DNA of 64,000 nucleotides from Ohtaekwangia sp. (GCA_036503775.1 DASXWH010000188.1:15461-79460), one strand, 5' to 3'; positions 9,247-19,553 are shown, counted from the first letter of the stretch. Notes: generated by a model not told the origin, from the sequence alone. Made by a program: numbers and translations.

Positions 9247-11757
9247 GTGCGTAACGTCCTGAGTAGAATAGTCCCTGTAGTTTTTCTGGGTTTCTTTTTT
9301 TTGGCATTTCTGCCGTCAGCATTTTCTCAGACCATCACCATAAAGGGGAAAATCACAGACTCCAATTCGGGTGACCCGATACCTTTTGTGAACATTCTTC
9401 TTAAAGGTACCAGCGTAGGGACAACCACTGATTTTGATGGGAACTATACCGTAAAAACTACCCTTTCGTCAGACTCCCTGGTGGCATCGTACATCGGATA
9501 CCGCTCAAAATCAAAAGCCGTAACACGGGAGGCTAATCAGACAATCAATTTTCAACTGGAAGAAAATGTTACTAACCTTCAGGAGATAGTCGTTTTGTCA
9601 GGAGAGAACCCAGCCTTTGAAATATTACGCAGAGTGGTTCGTAACAAAAGCGAAAATGACAAACGGAAGTTGTCAGCCTATGAATATGACACCTACACCA
9701 AAATTGAAATTGACGTAGATAATATCTCAGAGAAACTTCGTGAAAAGAAAATCATGAAGAAAATTGCTCAGGTGCTGGACAGTGTAGACCGGCTTGCAGG
9801 CGAAGATGGCAAACCCATATTGCCGATGTTTATTTCGGAAAGTGTTTCTAAGTTTTATTTTCGGGATAATCCCCAGTTAAAGTATGAGCACATTCTTAAA
9901 ACAAAGATCAGCGGAGTGGGAGTTGAGGATGGAACCTTAGTGACACAACTTGTAGGATCATCATTTCAGGAATATAACTTTTACCAGAACTGGTTGAATA
10001 TTCTGGGCAAGGATTTTGTCTCACCCATCGCAGATGGGTGGCGAATTTATTATGAATATGATCTTACTGACAGTTTATATGTTGGTGGTGAGTACTGTTA
10101 CCGGTTGGACTTCTTCCCTAAAAGTCCGCAGGATCTTGCCTTTACAGGCACCGTATGGATCACCAAAGCTGACTATGCCCTGAAACAGGTTGATGCGACA
10201 GTAGGCAAACAGGCCAACCTCAATTTCATAGAAAAAATAAAAATTCAGCAGGAGCTGGAAGCTACAGAAGAAGGTGCCTGGCTTCCGGTAAAGAACCGTG
10301 TGCTGATTGATGTTGGTGAATTGACCAATACTTCAGCTGGTATGCTGGCCAAGTTCTATACATCAAACAAAAACTTTGTTGTCAACAAGCCTCGCGATCC
10401 GGTGTTTTATAAACATCCGATCGTCATGGCCGAAGATGCACGGTTGAATGAAGACGAAGATCATTGGGATACGTTACGCCATGAGCCGTTGAGCGAGAGT
10501 GAAAGGAATGTCTATAAAATGATTGACACCCTGCAGAACATTCCTATTGTCAAGACATACATTGACATCATCAAAATTGTAGTGGATGGATATTATGATG
10601 CTGGCAAGATTTACATTGGGCCGTATGTAGGGCTTTTGGCCTACAACAATATTGAAGGGCTCCGCATTCAATCCGGGTTTAAGACCAGTATCGATTTCAG
10701 TAACAAGTGGGTGCTGCGTGGCCAGTTGGGTTATGGTTTTGGTGATCAGAAAGTAAAGTACTCAGGTTCTATTCAGCATATTTTGTCGCGCGAAAGATGG
10801 ACAACCCTTACGTTTCGGGCGCGAAGTGATATCGGCCGGGTGGGTATTGACGATGAAATACTTTCGGATAATTTCCTTTTCCTGGCTGCACAACGCTGGG
10901 GTAATTTCAGGAGAGGATATTACTATGATGAATCGCGCCTTAACTTCCAGCGTGAGTTGTTCAGAGGCTTTACCCAGCGCGTGGCCTTTAAGTACCTTAC
11001 CTTCAGACCAACATTCAACTTCGGTTATATAAGTCAGGGGGAAGGAAGTTCAAGCGATACCTTATCAAACTATGAAACCGCTGAGCTTATTATCGAATCA
11101 AGGTTTGCACGGGATGAACTATTTATCCAGGATGATAACGACCGGATCAGTCTGGGTACCTCCAAATGGCCTATCGTTACCCTTCGTTATACCCGTGGAT
11201 TTAAAGGTGTCATCGACAGTGACTTTGACTATACCAAGCTGAGGATGTCGGTCTATAAACGGATCCGCGTTGGGCCATTGGGAACCGGGTATCTAAATGT
11301 TACGGGAGAATACACATTTGGAGCCGTTCCGTATCCACTGCTTTCCCCACATATCGGAAACGAAACTCCGATCTATACTTCCGTTACCTTTAACCTGATG
11401 GACTTCGGTGAATTTGTCAGTGATCGCTATGCGGCATTGCAATATCAACATCACTTTGAAGGGTTTTTACTGAATCGTATTCCATTGATGCGAAAGCTGA
11501 AATGGAGACTGGTTGGTTCCTTCAATATGATCTATGGTGGCATGACTTCTGAAAACCAGGCTCTGATTCCTGTTGATGAGGATAAATACATGCCAGTGGG
11601 TTTTCTGGAACACAACAAACCATATATAGAAATGGGCTACGGGGTAGAGAATATCTTTAAGTTTTTCAGGGTGGACTTTGTTCACCGGTTAAGCTACCTG
11701 GATAACCCGGACACCCGGAAGTTCGGGATACTTTTTAGTTTCCATTTTAACTTATAA
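9247..11757 (+). CDS. Outer-membrane protein, carboxypeptidase-regulatory-like N-domain + probable DUF5686 barrel
   Basis: Signal peptide; IKGKITDSNSGDPIPFVNILLKGTSVGTTTDFDGNY; YEYDTYTKIEID; ends GVENIFKFFRVDFVHRL...FHFNL. Confidence 0.8.
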   Translation: MRNVLSRIVPVVFLGFFFLAFLPSAFSQTITIKGKITDSNSGDPIPFVNILLKGTSVGTTTDFDGNYTVKTTLSSDSLVASYIGYRSKSKAVTREANQTINFQLEENVTNLQEIVVLSGENPAFEILRRVVRNKSENDKRKLSAYEYDTYTKIEIDVDNISEKLREKKIMKKIAQVLDSVDRLAGEDGKPILPMFISESVSKFYFRDNPQLKYEHILKTKISGVGVEDGTLVTQLVGSSFQEYNFYQNWLNILGKDFVSPIADGWRIYYEYDLTDSLYVGGEYCYRLDFFPKSPQDLAFTGTVWITKADYALKQVDATVGKQANLNFIEKIKIQQELEATEEGAWLPVKNRVLIDVGELTNTSAGMLAKFYTSNKNFVVNKPRDPVFYKHPIVMAEDARLNEDEDHWDTLRHEPLSESERNVYKMIDTLQNIPIVKTYIDIIKIVVDGYYDAGKIYIGPYVGLLAYNNIEGLRIQSGFKTSIDFSNKWVLRGQLGYGFGDQKVKYSGSIQHILSRERWTTLTFRARSDIGRVGIDDEILSDNFLFLAAQRWGNFRRGYYYDESRLNFQRELFRGFTQRVAFKYLTFRPTFNFGYISQGEGSSSDTLSNYETAELIIESRFARDELFIQDDNDRISLGTSKWPIVTLRYTRGFKGVIDSDFDYTKLRMSVYKRIRVGPLGTGYLNVTGEYTFGAVPYPLLSPHIGNETPIYTSVTFNLMDFGEFVSDRYAALQYQHHFEGFLLNRIPLMRKLKWRLVGSFNMIYGGMTSENQALIPVDEDKYMPVGFLEHNKPYIEMGYGVENIFKFFRVDFVHRLSYLDNPDTRKFGILFSFHFNL

Positions 11758-11835
11758 GTTTATCCTTACTGTGTGAAGCTTTCGTCTTCTTTACCCATAT
11801 TTGCAGCCGGATTAATTTTGTAGTTTAATTCAGTT

Positions 11836-13770
11836 ATGAATGTAAAGATTTCTCTTCCTGACGGAAGTGTTCGGGAATATCCCCGAGGAGTGAAGGGTTC
11901 TGAGATAGCCTCAAGCATCAGTGAAGGTTTAGCAAGAGTAGCGTTGGCCATCGAGGTCAATGGTGAAGTGCGCGACCTGGCACGCCCCATCGAGCAGGAT
12001 GCTTCTATTAAAATTTTGACGTGGAACGACAAAGGTGGTAAATCCACTTTCTGGCACTCGTCCGCTCACCTCTTGGCAGAAGCACTGGAAGTATTGTATC
12101 CGGGTGTAAAATTCGGGGCAGGCCCGGCTATCGAAAACGGTTTTTATTATGATGTAGACCTGGGAGGGAGACCATTCGGTGATGATGATCTTTTGGCACT
12201 CGAAAATAAGATGAAAGAGCTCGCCAAAAAGGATAGTGCCTATGTTCGGTCGGATGTATCAAAAGCGGATGCGCTGAAGTACTTCACTGAAAAGGGTGAT
12301 GAGTATAAACTTGAACTGATCAATGATCTTCAGGACGGAACCATCACATTTTATAAGCAAGGTGATTTCACCGATCTGTGTCGTGGCCCTCATATTCCGA
12401 ACACCGGATTTTTAAAGGCCATTAAGCTGCTCAACGTAGCCGGTGCCTATTGGCGGAATAATCAGAACAACAAGATGCTTACCCGTATCTACGGGATCAC
12501 TTTTCCAAAAGCCAAAGAGCTGGAGGAATATCTTCATGTGCAGGAAGAGGCTAAGAAGCGTGATCACCGTAAACTCGGAAAGGAACTGGATTTGTTTGCC
12601 TTCTCCGAAAAAGTAGGTATGGGACTTCCCCTTTGGTTACCGAAGGGAACAATTCTGCGTGAGCGCCTCGAGCAGTTCATGCGGAGAGCACAGATAAAGG
12701 CAGGTTATGATCCGGTGGTAACACCACACATCGGTGGTAAGTCGTTATACGTCACTTCCGGGCATTATGAAAAATATGGAAAGGATTCCTTTCAGCCTAT
12801 TCACACTCCGGATGAAAATGAAGAGTTCCTGTTAAAGCCGATGAACTGCCCTCACCATTGTGAGATCTATAAGACAAGGCCACGCTCATACCGTGATTTG
12901 CCCATCCGGCTTGCAGAGTTTGGAACGGTATACCGGTATGAACAAAGCGGGGAACTTCATGGCCTCACGCGTGTAAGAGGATTTACCCAGGACGATGCAC
13001 ATATCTTTTGCCGGCCTGATCAGGTGAAGGAGGAGTTCATTAAAGTGATTGACCTTGTTCTGCATGTTTTTAACTCACTTGGATTTGAAAACTACACTGC
13101 GCAGGTATCGCTGAGAGACCCAGCTAATAAGCAAAAGTATATTGGCGAGGATCACCTGTGGGATAAGGCTGAGAAAGAGATCCAGGAAGCGGCAGACGAA
13201 CGGGGCCTTAAAACGGTAGCCGTTCAGGGTGAGGCAGCCTTCTATGGTCCGAAGCTCGACTTTATGGTCAGGGATGCTCTGGGCAGAAGCTGGCAATTGG
13301 GAACTATCCAGGTTGACTATCAGCTCCCGCAGCGATTTGAACTGGAGTATGTTGGATCAGATAACCAAAAGCATACCCCGGTAATGATTCACAGGGCGCC
13401 ATTTGGCTCTTTGGAGAGGTTTATTGCCGTGCTGATCGAGCATTGTGCCGGAAACTTTCCGCTTTGGCTGGCACCAGACCAGATTGCCGTAATGCCTATT
13501 TCAGAGCGTTTCAACGACTATGCTAAGGTGGTCTATGATAAGCTTAAAGCTCAGGATATCAGAGGATTACTTGATGACCGGGACGAAAAAATTGGTCGTA
13601 AGATTCGCGATGCCGAGACCCGGAAGATTCCTTACATGCTTATTGTGGGGGAAAAAGAAGTGGCCGAAAACAAGGTAGCGGTAAGGCGGCACGGGCTGGG
13701 TGATCAGGGTAGCGTACTTTTGGAGGAATTTGTAGACACTTTCAGGAAAGATTGTGCAGCTCCAAACTGA
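11836..13770 (+). CDS. thrS: Threonine--tRNA ligase
   Basis: TGS domain, [59 protein letters not shown]. Confidence 0.99.
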   Translation: MNVKISLPDGSVREYPRGVKGSEIASSISEGLARVALAIEVNGEVRDLARPIEQDASIKILTWNDKGGKSTFWHSSAHLLAEALEVLYPGVKFGAGPAIENGFYYDVDLGGRPFGDDDLLALENKMKELAKKDSAYVRSDVSKADALKYFTEKGDEYKLELINDLQDGTITFYKQGDFTDLCRGPHIPNTGFLKAIKLLNVAGAYWRNNQNNKMLTRIYGITFPKAKELEEYLHVQEEAKKRDHRKLGKELDLFAFSEKVGMGLPLWLPKGTILRERLEQFMRRAQIKAGYDPVVTPHIGGKSLYVTSGHYEKYGKDSFQPIHTPDENEEFLLKPMNCPHHCEIYKTRPRSYRDLPIRLAEFGTVYRYEQSGELHGLTRVRGFTQDDAHIFCRPDQVKEEFIKVIDLVLHVFNSLGFENYTAQVSLRDPANKQKYIGEDHLWDKAEKEIQEAADERGLKTVAVQGEAAFYGPKLDFMVRDALGRSWQLGTIQVDYQLPQRFELEYVGSDNQKHTPVMIHRAPFGSLERFIAVLIEHCAGNFPLWLAPDQIAVMPISERFNDYAKVVYDKLKAQDIRGLLDDRDEKIGRKIRDAETRKIPYMLIVGEKEVAENKVAVRRHGLGDQGSVLLEEFVDTFRKDCAAPN

Positions 13771-13773
13771 TAT

Positions 13774-13835
13774 TTTGAAAGATAGAAAATATAGCGATAT
13801 TTGCAGCCCTGTCAGCAAGCCTGGCAGTGTTTTTT
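13774..13835 (+). promoter_or_regulatory. Putative promoter (TTTG ... GATATTTG) followed by hairpin and T-tract upstream of infC
   Basis: TTTG 13774-13777, GATATTTG 13796-13803; stem CTGTCAG/CTGGCAG 13809-13827 then TGTTTTTT. Confidence 0.45.
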
Positions 13836-13855
13836 GGACTTAAACATCATCAGTT

Positions 13856-14434
13856 ATCAACAGTAGCACTAACAGACCCAGTAGTTTTAACAGACCCGTT
13901 AGGAGGGGACCACAGAAACCAGAAGAGCCGTATCGTATTAACGAAAGGATAACGGCACCAAAAGTTAGGGTGGTAGGAGAGAACATTAAGGTAGATGTTT
14001 ACCCGATCCAACAGGCTATTCGCCTGGCGCAGGAGCAGGGACTCGATCTGGTTGAAATTTCTCCCAACGCTGATCCTCCGGTTTGTAAGGTTGTTGATTA
14101 TTCGAAGTTTAAGTACGAACAAAAGAAGAAGCAGAAGGAGATAAAGGCAAAGACTGTAAAAGTTGTAATCAAGGAGATCCGTTTCGGACCTAATACCGAT
14201 GATCACGACTTTAACTTTAAGCTCAAACATGCGATTAGCTTTTTGCAGGAAGGTGCTAAAGTAAAAGCAACAGTTTTCTTCGCAGGTAGATCAATCGTGT
14301 ATAAGGAACGGGGCGAAATTCTGTTATTGAAATTTGCTCAGCTTTTGGAAGAACACGGTAAGGTAGAACAAATGCCTAAGCTTGAAGGTAAGCGTATGAG
14401 CATGATGGTTATGCCTAAAGCTGGAAAGAAATAG
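13856..14434 (+). CDS. infC: Translation initiation factor IF-3 with non-canonical start
   Basis: Frame is open upstream of the GTG at 13970 back to a TAA at 13841-13843 and contains [14 protein letters not shown]; no ATG/GTG/TTG in that stretch; ATC at 13856 is the best candidate; [27 protein letters not shown]. Confidence 0.9.
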   Translation: MNSSTNRPSSFNRPVRRGPQKPEEPYRINERITAPKVRVVGENIKVDVYPIQQAIRLAQEQGLDLVEISPNADPPVCKVVDYSKFKYEQKKKQKEIKAKTVKVVIKEIRFGPNTDDHDFNFKLKHAISFLQEGAKVKATVFFAGRSIVYKERGEILLLKFAQLLEEHGKVEQMPKLEGKRMSMMVMPKAGKK

Positions 14435-14452
14435 TAGTTTAATTTTTATATC

Positions 14453-14647
14453 ATGCCTAAGTTAAAAACAAAATCAGGAGCCAAGAAACGCTTTAAAGTG
14501 ACTGGCACTGGTAAGATTAAGCATAAGCGTGCTTTTAAAAATCATATCCTGACTAAGAAGGAAACCAAACAAAAAAGAAGACTTGGTAACAAGTCATTGG
14601 TTGCCAAGTCAGATATGAACAATGTGAAAGCAATGCTTATTCTGTAA
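14453..14647 (+). CDS. rpmI: 50S ribosomal protein L35
   Basis: [23 protein letters not shown]...HILTKK. Confidence 0.98.
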   Translation: MPKLKTKSGAKKRFKVTGTGKIKHKRAFKNHILTKKETKQKRRLGNKSLVAKSDMNNVKAMLIL

Positions 14648-14727
14648 TGGTTTAATGTTTAACCCGGATGCTGGCCTGAAGTTTCCCCTGAACAAGGAAC
14701 GCCATCAACCAAAAAATGTAAAGTAAA

Positions 14728-15072
14728 ATGCCAAGATCAGTAAACAATGTAGCTTCAAGAGCAAAACGTAAGCGCATCTTGAAGTTGGCCAAAGGGTTCT
14801 TTGGTCGCAAGAAGAATGTATGGACAGTAGCGAAGAATGCTGTCGAAAAAGGTTTAGGTTATGCTTACCGTGACCGTAAACAAAAGAAAAGAGAATTCAG
14901 GTCTGTATGGATCGCCCGTATCAACGCGGGAGCTCGTCTTCATGGTCTTTCCTATTCTGAATTAATGGGTAAGCTTAAGAAGTCAGGAGTAGATTTGAAC
15001 CGTAAGGTTCTTGCTGACCTGGCAATGAATCACCCCAGTGCATTTGAGGCGGTGATTAAAAAAGTAAAGTAA
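14728..15072 (+). CDS. rplT: 50S ribosomal protein L20
   Basis: [43 protein letters not shown]. Confidence 0.99.
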   Translation: MPRSVNNVASRAKRKRILKLAKGFFGRKKNVWTVAKNAVEKGLGYAYRDRKQKKREFRSVWIARINAGARLHGLSYSELMGKLKKSGVDLNRKVLADLAMNHPSAFEAVIKKVK

Positions 15073-15089
15073 GAGTTATCTTATATGAT

Positions 15090-15120
15090 AAAAGGGGGGC
15101 TGATCGCCCCCTTTTTGTTT
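15090..15120 (+). terminator. Intrinsic terminator of the infC-rpmI-rplT operon
   Basis: AAAAGGGGGGC-TGATC-GCCCCCTTTTT. Confidence 0.85.
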
Positions 15121-15244
15121 TAGGGAAAATTACTCTATCTTAGAAACCACTTTTTGAACTGAGCCTATTTTTTGAACCGTAACCTGTGTATCACTTAACT
15201 TATTGGCTTCCTTTACCTAAATTTCACCTTCGGGAAAGTGTTTC

Positions 15245-18200
15245 ATGTTGAATCAACCACTTAATAACGAAGGCCAGAAATCAACATCTCCTGCATTGAT
15301 CGATGTTCAGGTAGAAGGAGAAAATCCTTTTCCAGGTCTGCGTCCCTTTACCATTGAAGAGTGCCATCTGTTTTTTGGACGAGAGGGGCAGGTGGATGAA
15401 ATCCTTAATCTAATCTCAAAAAACCGGTTTGTTTCAGTACTGGGTTACTCTGGTAGCGGTAAGTCCTCTCTTATGACTTGCGGTCTTATCCCCGTGTTAT
15501 ATGGTGGCTTTGTTACCAATTCAGGACCGCATTGGAATGTAATTTCCGCCCGCCCGGGAAATTCACCTATTCAAGGACTTACGGATGCTATCGTAAAGTT
15601 CATGGTGAATAAAAAGCAGATAAACCCTCAGGATACTCCCATTCACAAGGCTATTGTAAACTCCGTGCTTCGCAGCGGACCCAATGGATTGATCGATATT
15701 GCCCGATACATCCAGACGAATGAGAAAGAGAATATATTTCTGCTGATTGACCAGTTTGAAGAGATATTCAGGTACAGGACTGAAGAATCGGGTGAGATCC
15801 AGAATGACGGTCAGCTTTTTGTCAGTCTGGTTTTAAATGCCGTGCAGCAGTCTGATGTATCCGTTTATGCAGCCTTAACCATGCGCTCTGATTTCATTGG
15901 AGAGTGTGCTGCCTTTCCCGGATTAACACAGCTTATTAATAACAGCAATTATCTCGTCCCGCAGATGAATCGGGAGCAGAAGAAAATTGCTATCGAAGGA
16001 CCTGTTGCTGTTGCCGGTGGCAAGATTTCGCAGCGTTTGGTGAAACGGCTCTTGAGCGATATGGGAAACAACCAGGATCAGCTCCCCATTCTTCAACATG
16101 CGCTTATGCGCACGTGGGATTATTGGATGGTGAATCGTGAGCCAGGTGAACCGCTTGATATCAGACATTACAATGCTGTTGGAAAGATATCCGAGGCATT
16201 GTCCCAGCACGCCAATGAAGCATACGATGAATTAACCACACGCAACAAGGCTATTGCTGAAGTGCTGTTTAAGAATATTACAGAACGCAACCAGGAGAAC
16301 CGGGGAATGAGGAGACCCTGCCGGCTGGGTTTAATAGCACAGTTGGCGGAAGCCAGCGAAGAAGAGGTGATGGATGTGGTGGAGCAGTTTAGAAAACCCG
16401 GTCGTTCGTTCCTGATGCCGGGTGCACATGTGTCCCTGACCAGTGATTCGATGATTGAACTTTCACACGAAAGTTTGATGCGTATCTGGAACAGGCTTGA
16501 AGTATGGGTTGAGGATGAGTTCGAGTCAGCATCCATGTATAAGCGTTTGTCTGAAGCCGCTGCCATGTATCAGATTGGCAAAACGGGTTTATGGCGTCCG
16601 CCTGATTTACAACTCGCATTAAACTGGCAAAAGAAACAGAGGCCAACCCGTGAGTGGGGACAACGTTATGATGAAGCCTTTGAACGTGCTGTAGTATTCC
16701 TTGACACCAGCCGGATTACCTATGAGGCTGAATTAAAAAATCAGGAGATGATGCAGAGGCGCGTACTGCGAAGGACGCGCGTAACAGCAGTCATTTTAGG
16801 TATAGCTTTCATTGTCGCGATCCTTTTCTTCGTGTATGCTTACCTGCAAAAACTTCAGGCCGATACGGACAGGCTTTATGCGGAAACTCAAACCATAGAA
16901 GCCAAGAAGCAGCAGGCGGAAGCCTTGAAGCAAAAAACAGAAGCCGATAAGCAACGTGAATCTGCCCAGAATGCCAGAGACCAGTTGCAAACCTCTCTTC
17001 AAACCTTGGAAGATGCTTATGAATTGGTGGAGCGGGAACGTGATCGTGCTGAGGCTGCTCTTTTGTTTGCTAAAATCGAAGAGGAGCGTGCCGTAGAAGC
17101 CGGAGCAAAAGAAAAGATCGCGTTGGAAGAAGCACAGATGAACCTTGAACTGGCGGAAGCCAACCTGAACTATGCCAACAGTCTTTACTTTCTGACAAAA
17201 GCGCAGGAATTGGCTTCGAAAGCAGCCGTAGAGGAAGACGATAAACAATTAGCCGGCCTTCAGGCCATGCAAGGGTATATCTACCACAGAAGATATAATG
17301 GTAAAACCTATGATCCTTATATCTACCGCGGTCTTTACAGCGCTATAACCAAGCTGGATAATTCGAATTACAATGCCATGAAGATTCAGGGCCCGCCAAG
17401 GGTACACCTGAAATCACTTGTTGTCCCTAAAGGTGGAAAAGAATTTTATGTTTCAGGAGTTGATGGCCGTGTATACCGTGGTGACTTTCAAAAGCTCACG
17501 AATTCGGTCATGAATTTTGCTACCCCTTATCCCAGCAAAGTAATAGCCATCAGTAATGATCAGTCTGTTCTGGTAAATGGAAGTGACTCAACGTTCATCC
17601 AGATATATAATCTTCAAAAGAGCGCTAAAGCTTCAGTAGTAAAAGGCTTTAGTGGCCCAACCAATGACATTGAGTTCATACCGGGCAGTTCAGATTTTAT
17701 TGTGGTAAGCGGTGGCAATACAATCTCCAGAGTCACATCGAGTGGTGAGGCCAGAACACTGGCAAAGCTTCCTTTTGAATTAAAAACAATAACCATAAGT
17801 CCGGACGGAAACACGGTGGCCGGTGGAACATGGTCTGGCCAGGTGGTATTGTTTGACTTAAGAAACAACAATCATAGAGTGTTATTCGATGAAGTATCAA
17901 GCCGCATATTATCTATAAAGTATAACCCTTCAGGTACGCAGCTGGCCTACGGTTTAGAAGATATTGCCAACAAGCGTGGTCTGGTTAAGCTGTATGATTT
18001 CGCCTCTGAAAGATCAAGGCAGTTTACGGGACATAAAGCTGGTGTTAATGATGTTGAGTTCAGCGCGGATGAGAAGTTGCTGGCCAGTGCCGGCCTGGAT
18101 AAACGACTTCAGTTGTATGTTCTTGAAAATGTTGAAGACCTGCCGGTAGTAATGGATAATAACAACGGTTATGTATGGGATATCGCCTTTGCAAATGGCT

Positions 18201-18388
18201 CCGATATATTGATTGCTTCCTGCAGTGAATCTGAAATCAGAGTATGGCCGACTGATCCGGCTACACTGGCTGAATTAATATGTCCTAAGATCACCCGAAA
18301 CATGACACAGGATGAGTGGAAAAGATATGTAGGGAAGGAGATCAGTTATGAGAACACATGTATAAATGTATTGATACAACAACGCTGA
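15245..18388 (+). CDS. nSTAND1-like NTPase + single TM + coiled coil + WD40 beta-propeller
   Basis: NPFPGLRPF, FFGRE, Walker A GYSGSGKSS, Walker B LLIDQFEEIF, LTMRSDF, QLPILQHAL, ELSHESL; TM VTAVILGIAFIVAILFFVYAYL (~16781-16846); A/E/K/Q-rich helix; WD40 repeats (GHKAGVNDVEFSADEKLLASAGLDKRLQLY). Confidence 0.88.
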   Translation: MLNQPLNNEGQKSTSPALIDVQVEGENPFPGLRPFTIEECHLFFGREGQVDEILNLISKNRFVSVLGYSGSGKSSLMTCGLIPVLYGGFVTNSGPHWNVISARPGNSPIQGLTDAIVKFMVNKKQINPQDTPIHKAIVNSVLRSGPNGLIDIARYIQTNEKENIFLLIDQFEEIFRYRTEESGEIQNDGQLFVSLVLNAVQQSDVSVYAALTMRSDFIGECAAFPGLTQLINNSNYLVPQMNREQKKIAIEGPVAVAGGKISQRLVKRLLSDMGNNQDQLPILQHALMRTWDYWMVNREPGEPLDIRHYNAVGKISEALSQHANEAYDELTTRNKAIAEVLFKNITERNQENRGMRRPCRLGLIAQLAEASEEEVMDVVEQFRKPGRSFLMPGAHVSLTSDSMIELSHESLMRIWNRLEVWVEDEFESASMYKRLSEAAAMYQIGKTGLWRPPDLQLALNWQKKQRPTREWGQRYDEAFERAVVFLDTSRITYEAELKNQEMMQRRVLRRTRVTAVILGIAFIVAILFFVYAYLQKLQADTDRLYAETQTIEAKKQQAEALKQKTEADKQRESAQNARDQLQTSLQTLEDAYELVERERDRAEAALLFAKIEEERAVEAGAKEKIALEEAQMNLELAEANLNYANSLYFLTKAQELASKAAVEEDDKQLAGLQAMQGYIYHRRYNGKTYDPYIYRGLYSAITKLDNSNYNAMKIQGPPRVHLKSLVVPKGGKEFYVSGVDGRVYRGDFQKLTNSVMNFATPYPSKVIAISNDQSVLVNGSDSTFIQIYNLQKSAKASVVKGFSGPTNDIEFIPGSSDFIVVSGGNTISRVTSSGEARTLAKLPFELKTITISPDGNTVAGGTWSGQVVLFDLRNNNHRVLFDEVSSRILSIKYNPSGTQLAYGLEDIANKRGLVKLYDFASERSRQFTGHKAGVNDVEFSADEKLLASAGLDKRLQLYVLENVEDLPVVMDNNNGYVWDIAFANGSDILIASCSESEIRVWPTDPATLAELICPKITRNMTQDEWKRYVGKEISYENTCINVLIQQR

Positions 18389-18392
18389 TGGT

Positions 18393-19553
18393 ATGAGATT
18401 ATCCCGGGTTGTTCTGACTATTTTTTTTGCTGCAGCAATTAGCTGTCTTCAGGCTCAGGATCAGTGCGAACTTACGCTAGGCCAGGCTGCAGATGAATTC
18501 AACGCGGGTCATTTCTATGACATACCGGGCTTGTTGAAAGATTGTCTTAATCAACGGCAGAAACCGGAATGGCGTCAGCGTGCATATCTGCTTTTAGCCC
18601 AAACGTATTTGCTCCTTGACGATCCTGAAGGTGCTGAACGAAGCTACCTGGAGGTACTCAGAGCGAACCCGGAGTATGTTACGAATGACACTCAGGACCC
18701 TATTGATTTGGTTTATCTGAGTTCAAAATTCACTGCCTCACCTGTTTTTTCCCTGTTCGGCAAGATTGGCCCTAATGTTTCGATCATCAGACAGATCGTT
18801 GACCGCAAAGCCTTTGTAGGCAGTATTGATGAGCGTTATATACTTCGACCGGGATTTCAGATTGCCTTTGGAGCGGACTGGAACTATGACGACAACCTTT
18901 CTGTGGCACTGGAAGGGAATTTTGTTTTCAGTGCGTACAAATTGGAAAGCAAAGGTGTATTCGACCATGATGTGGTAGAATTTAAAGATCAGCAAACCTG
19001 GGCCCGGATACCACTGTCTGTTAAGTACACCGATGATCAGGGAAAATACCGGCCTTATGGATATGTAGGGATTTCAGCTGACATCCTCTTGAGCGATAGA
19101 GCTACATTCCTGTATACCGATGGCACGCTTAACCAAACGGATGGAGTTGTAAAAATGGACCAACAGGTTGAGGAGAGTCCCGTGTTGAATTTAAAATCCA
19201 AACGAAACACATTTAATTACTCCTGGTTTATTGGTGGTGGACTTAAATACAAACTTGGTCTTCAATACGCCTTTATTGACCTGCGCTATTCATTTGGAAT
19301 GACCAACCTGGTCAATACAAATAATAGTATCTATGAATACGGCATGGGTGACAGAACCTCAGCGGATTTTCAGGGCACCGGAGAACCGACAATGACCTGG
19401 GGACACATTGATGATTATTTCAGAATGGATAATCTGTTTTTATCTGTGGGATATGTATACCCGCTCTATAAGCCACGAAAATTGAAGAAGGCCCGTTCGC
19501 GATCTGTTTTACGTTCGATCAAAAAACAAAAGCATGAAGTTACGGGCGACTAA
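18393..19553 (+). CDS. Outer-membrane beta-barrel (PorT/OMP_b-brl_2-like) with N-terminal TPR-like domain
   Basis: Signal peptide to LQAQ; helical AYLLLAQTYLLLDDPEGAERSYLEVLRANPEY; alternating strands RIPLSVKY, RPYGYVGISADILL, FIDLRYSFGMTN, LSVGYVYP. Confidence 0.72.
   Translation: MRLSRVVLTIFFAAAISCLQAQDQCELTLGQAADEFNAGHFYDIPGLLKDCLNQRQKPEWRQRAYLLLAQTYLLLDDPEGAERSYLEVLRANPEYVTNDTQDPIDLVYLSSKFTASPVFSLFGKIGPNVSIIRQIVDRKAFVGSIDERYILRPGFQIAFGADWNYDDNLSVALEGNFVFSAYKLESKGVFDHDVVEFKDQQTWARIPLSVKYTDDQGKYRPYGYVGISADILLSDRATFLYTDGTLNQTDGVVKMDQQVEESPVLNLKSKRNTFNYSWFIGGGLKYKLGLQYAFIDLRYSFGMTNLVNTNNSIYEYGMGDRTSADFQGTGEPTMTWGHIDDYFRMDNLFLSVGYVYPLYKPRKLKKARSRSVLRSIKKQKHEVTGD

Noticed and set aside
11766-12047. 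93-aa minus-strand ORF over the thrS start
   Set aside because: Antisense to the thrS TGS domain and promoter; no motif.
13850-14230. 126-aa minus-strand ORF opposite infC
   Set aside because: Antisense shadow of a highly conserved gene; hydrophobic runs simply mirror Lys/Glu codons.
15073-15244. Sigma-54 (-24/-12) promoter for the STAND locus, given the nearby NtrC-type regulator
   Set aside because: TTGGC at ~15203 is not followed by TTGC at the right spacing; none seen upstream of 20943 either.
15245-18388. Calling the STAND protein an Avs/NLR anti-phage defence gene
   Set aside because: No effector domain, TM-anchored with an apparently periplasmic sensor, and no defence or mobile genes nearby. 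A defence role is not excluded but is unsupported.
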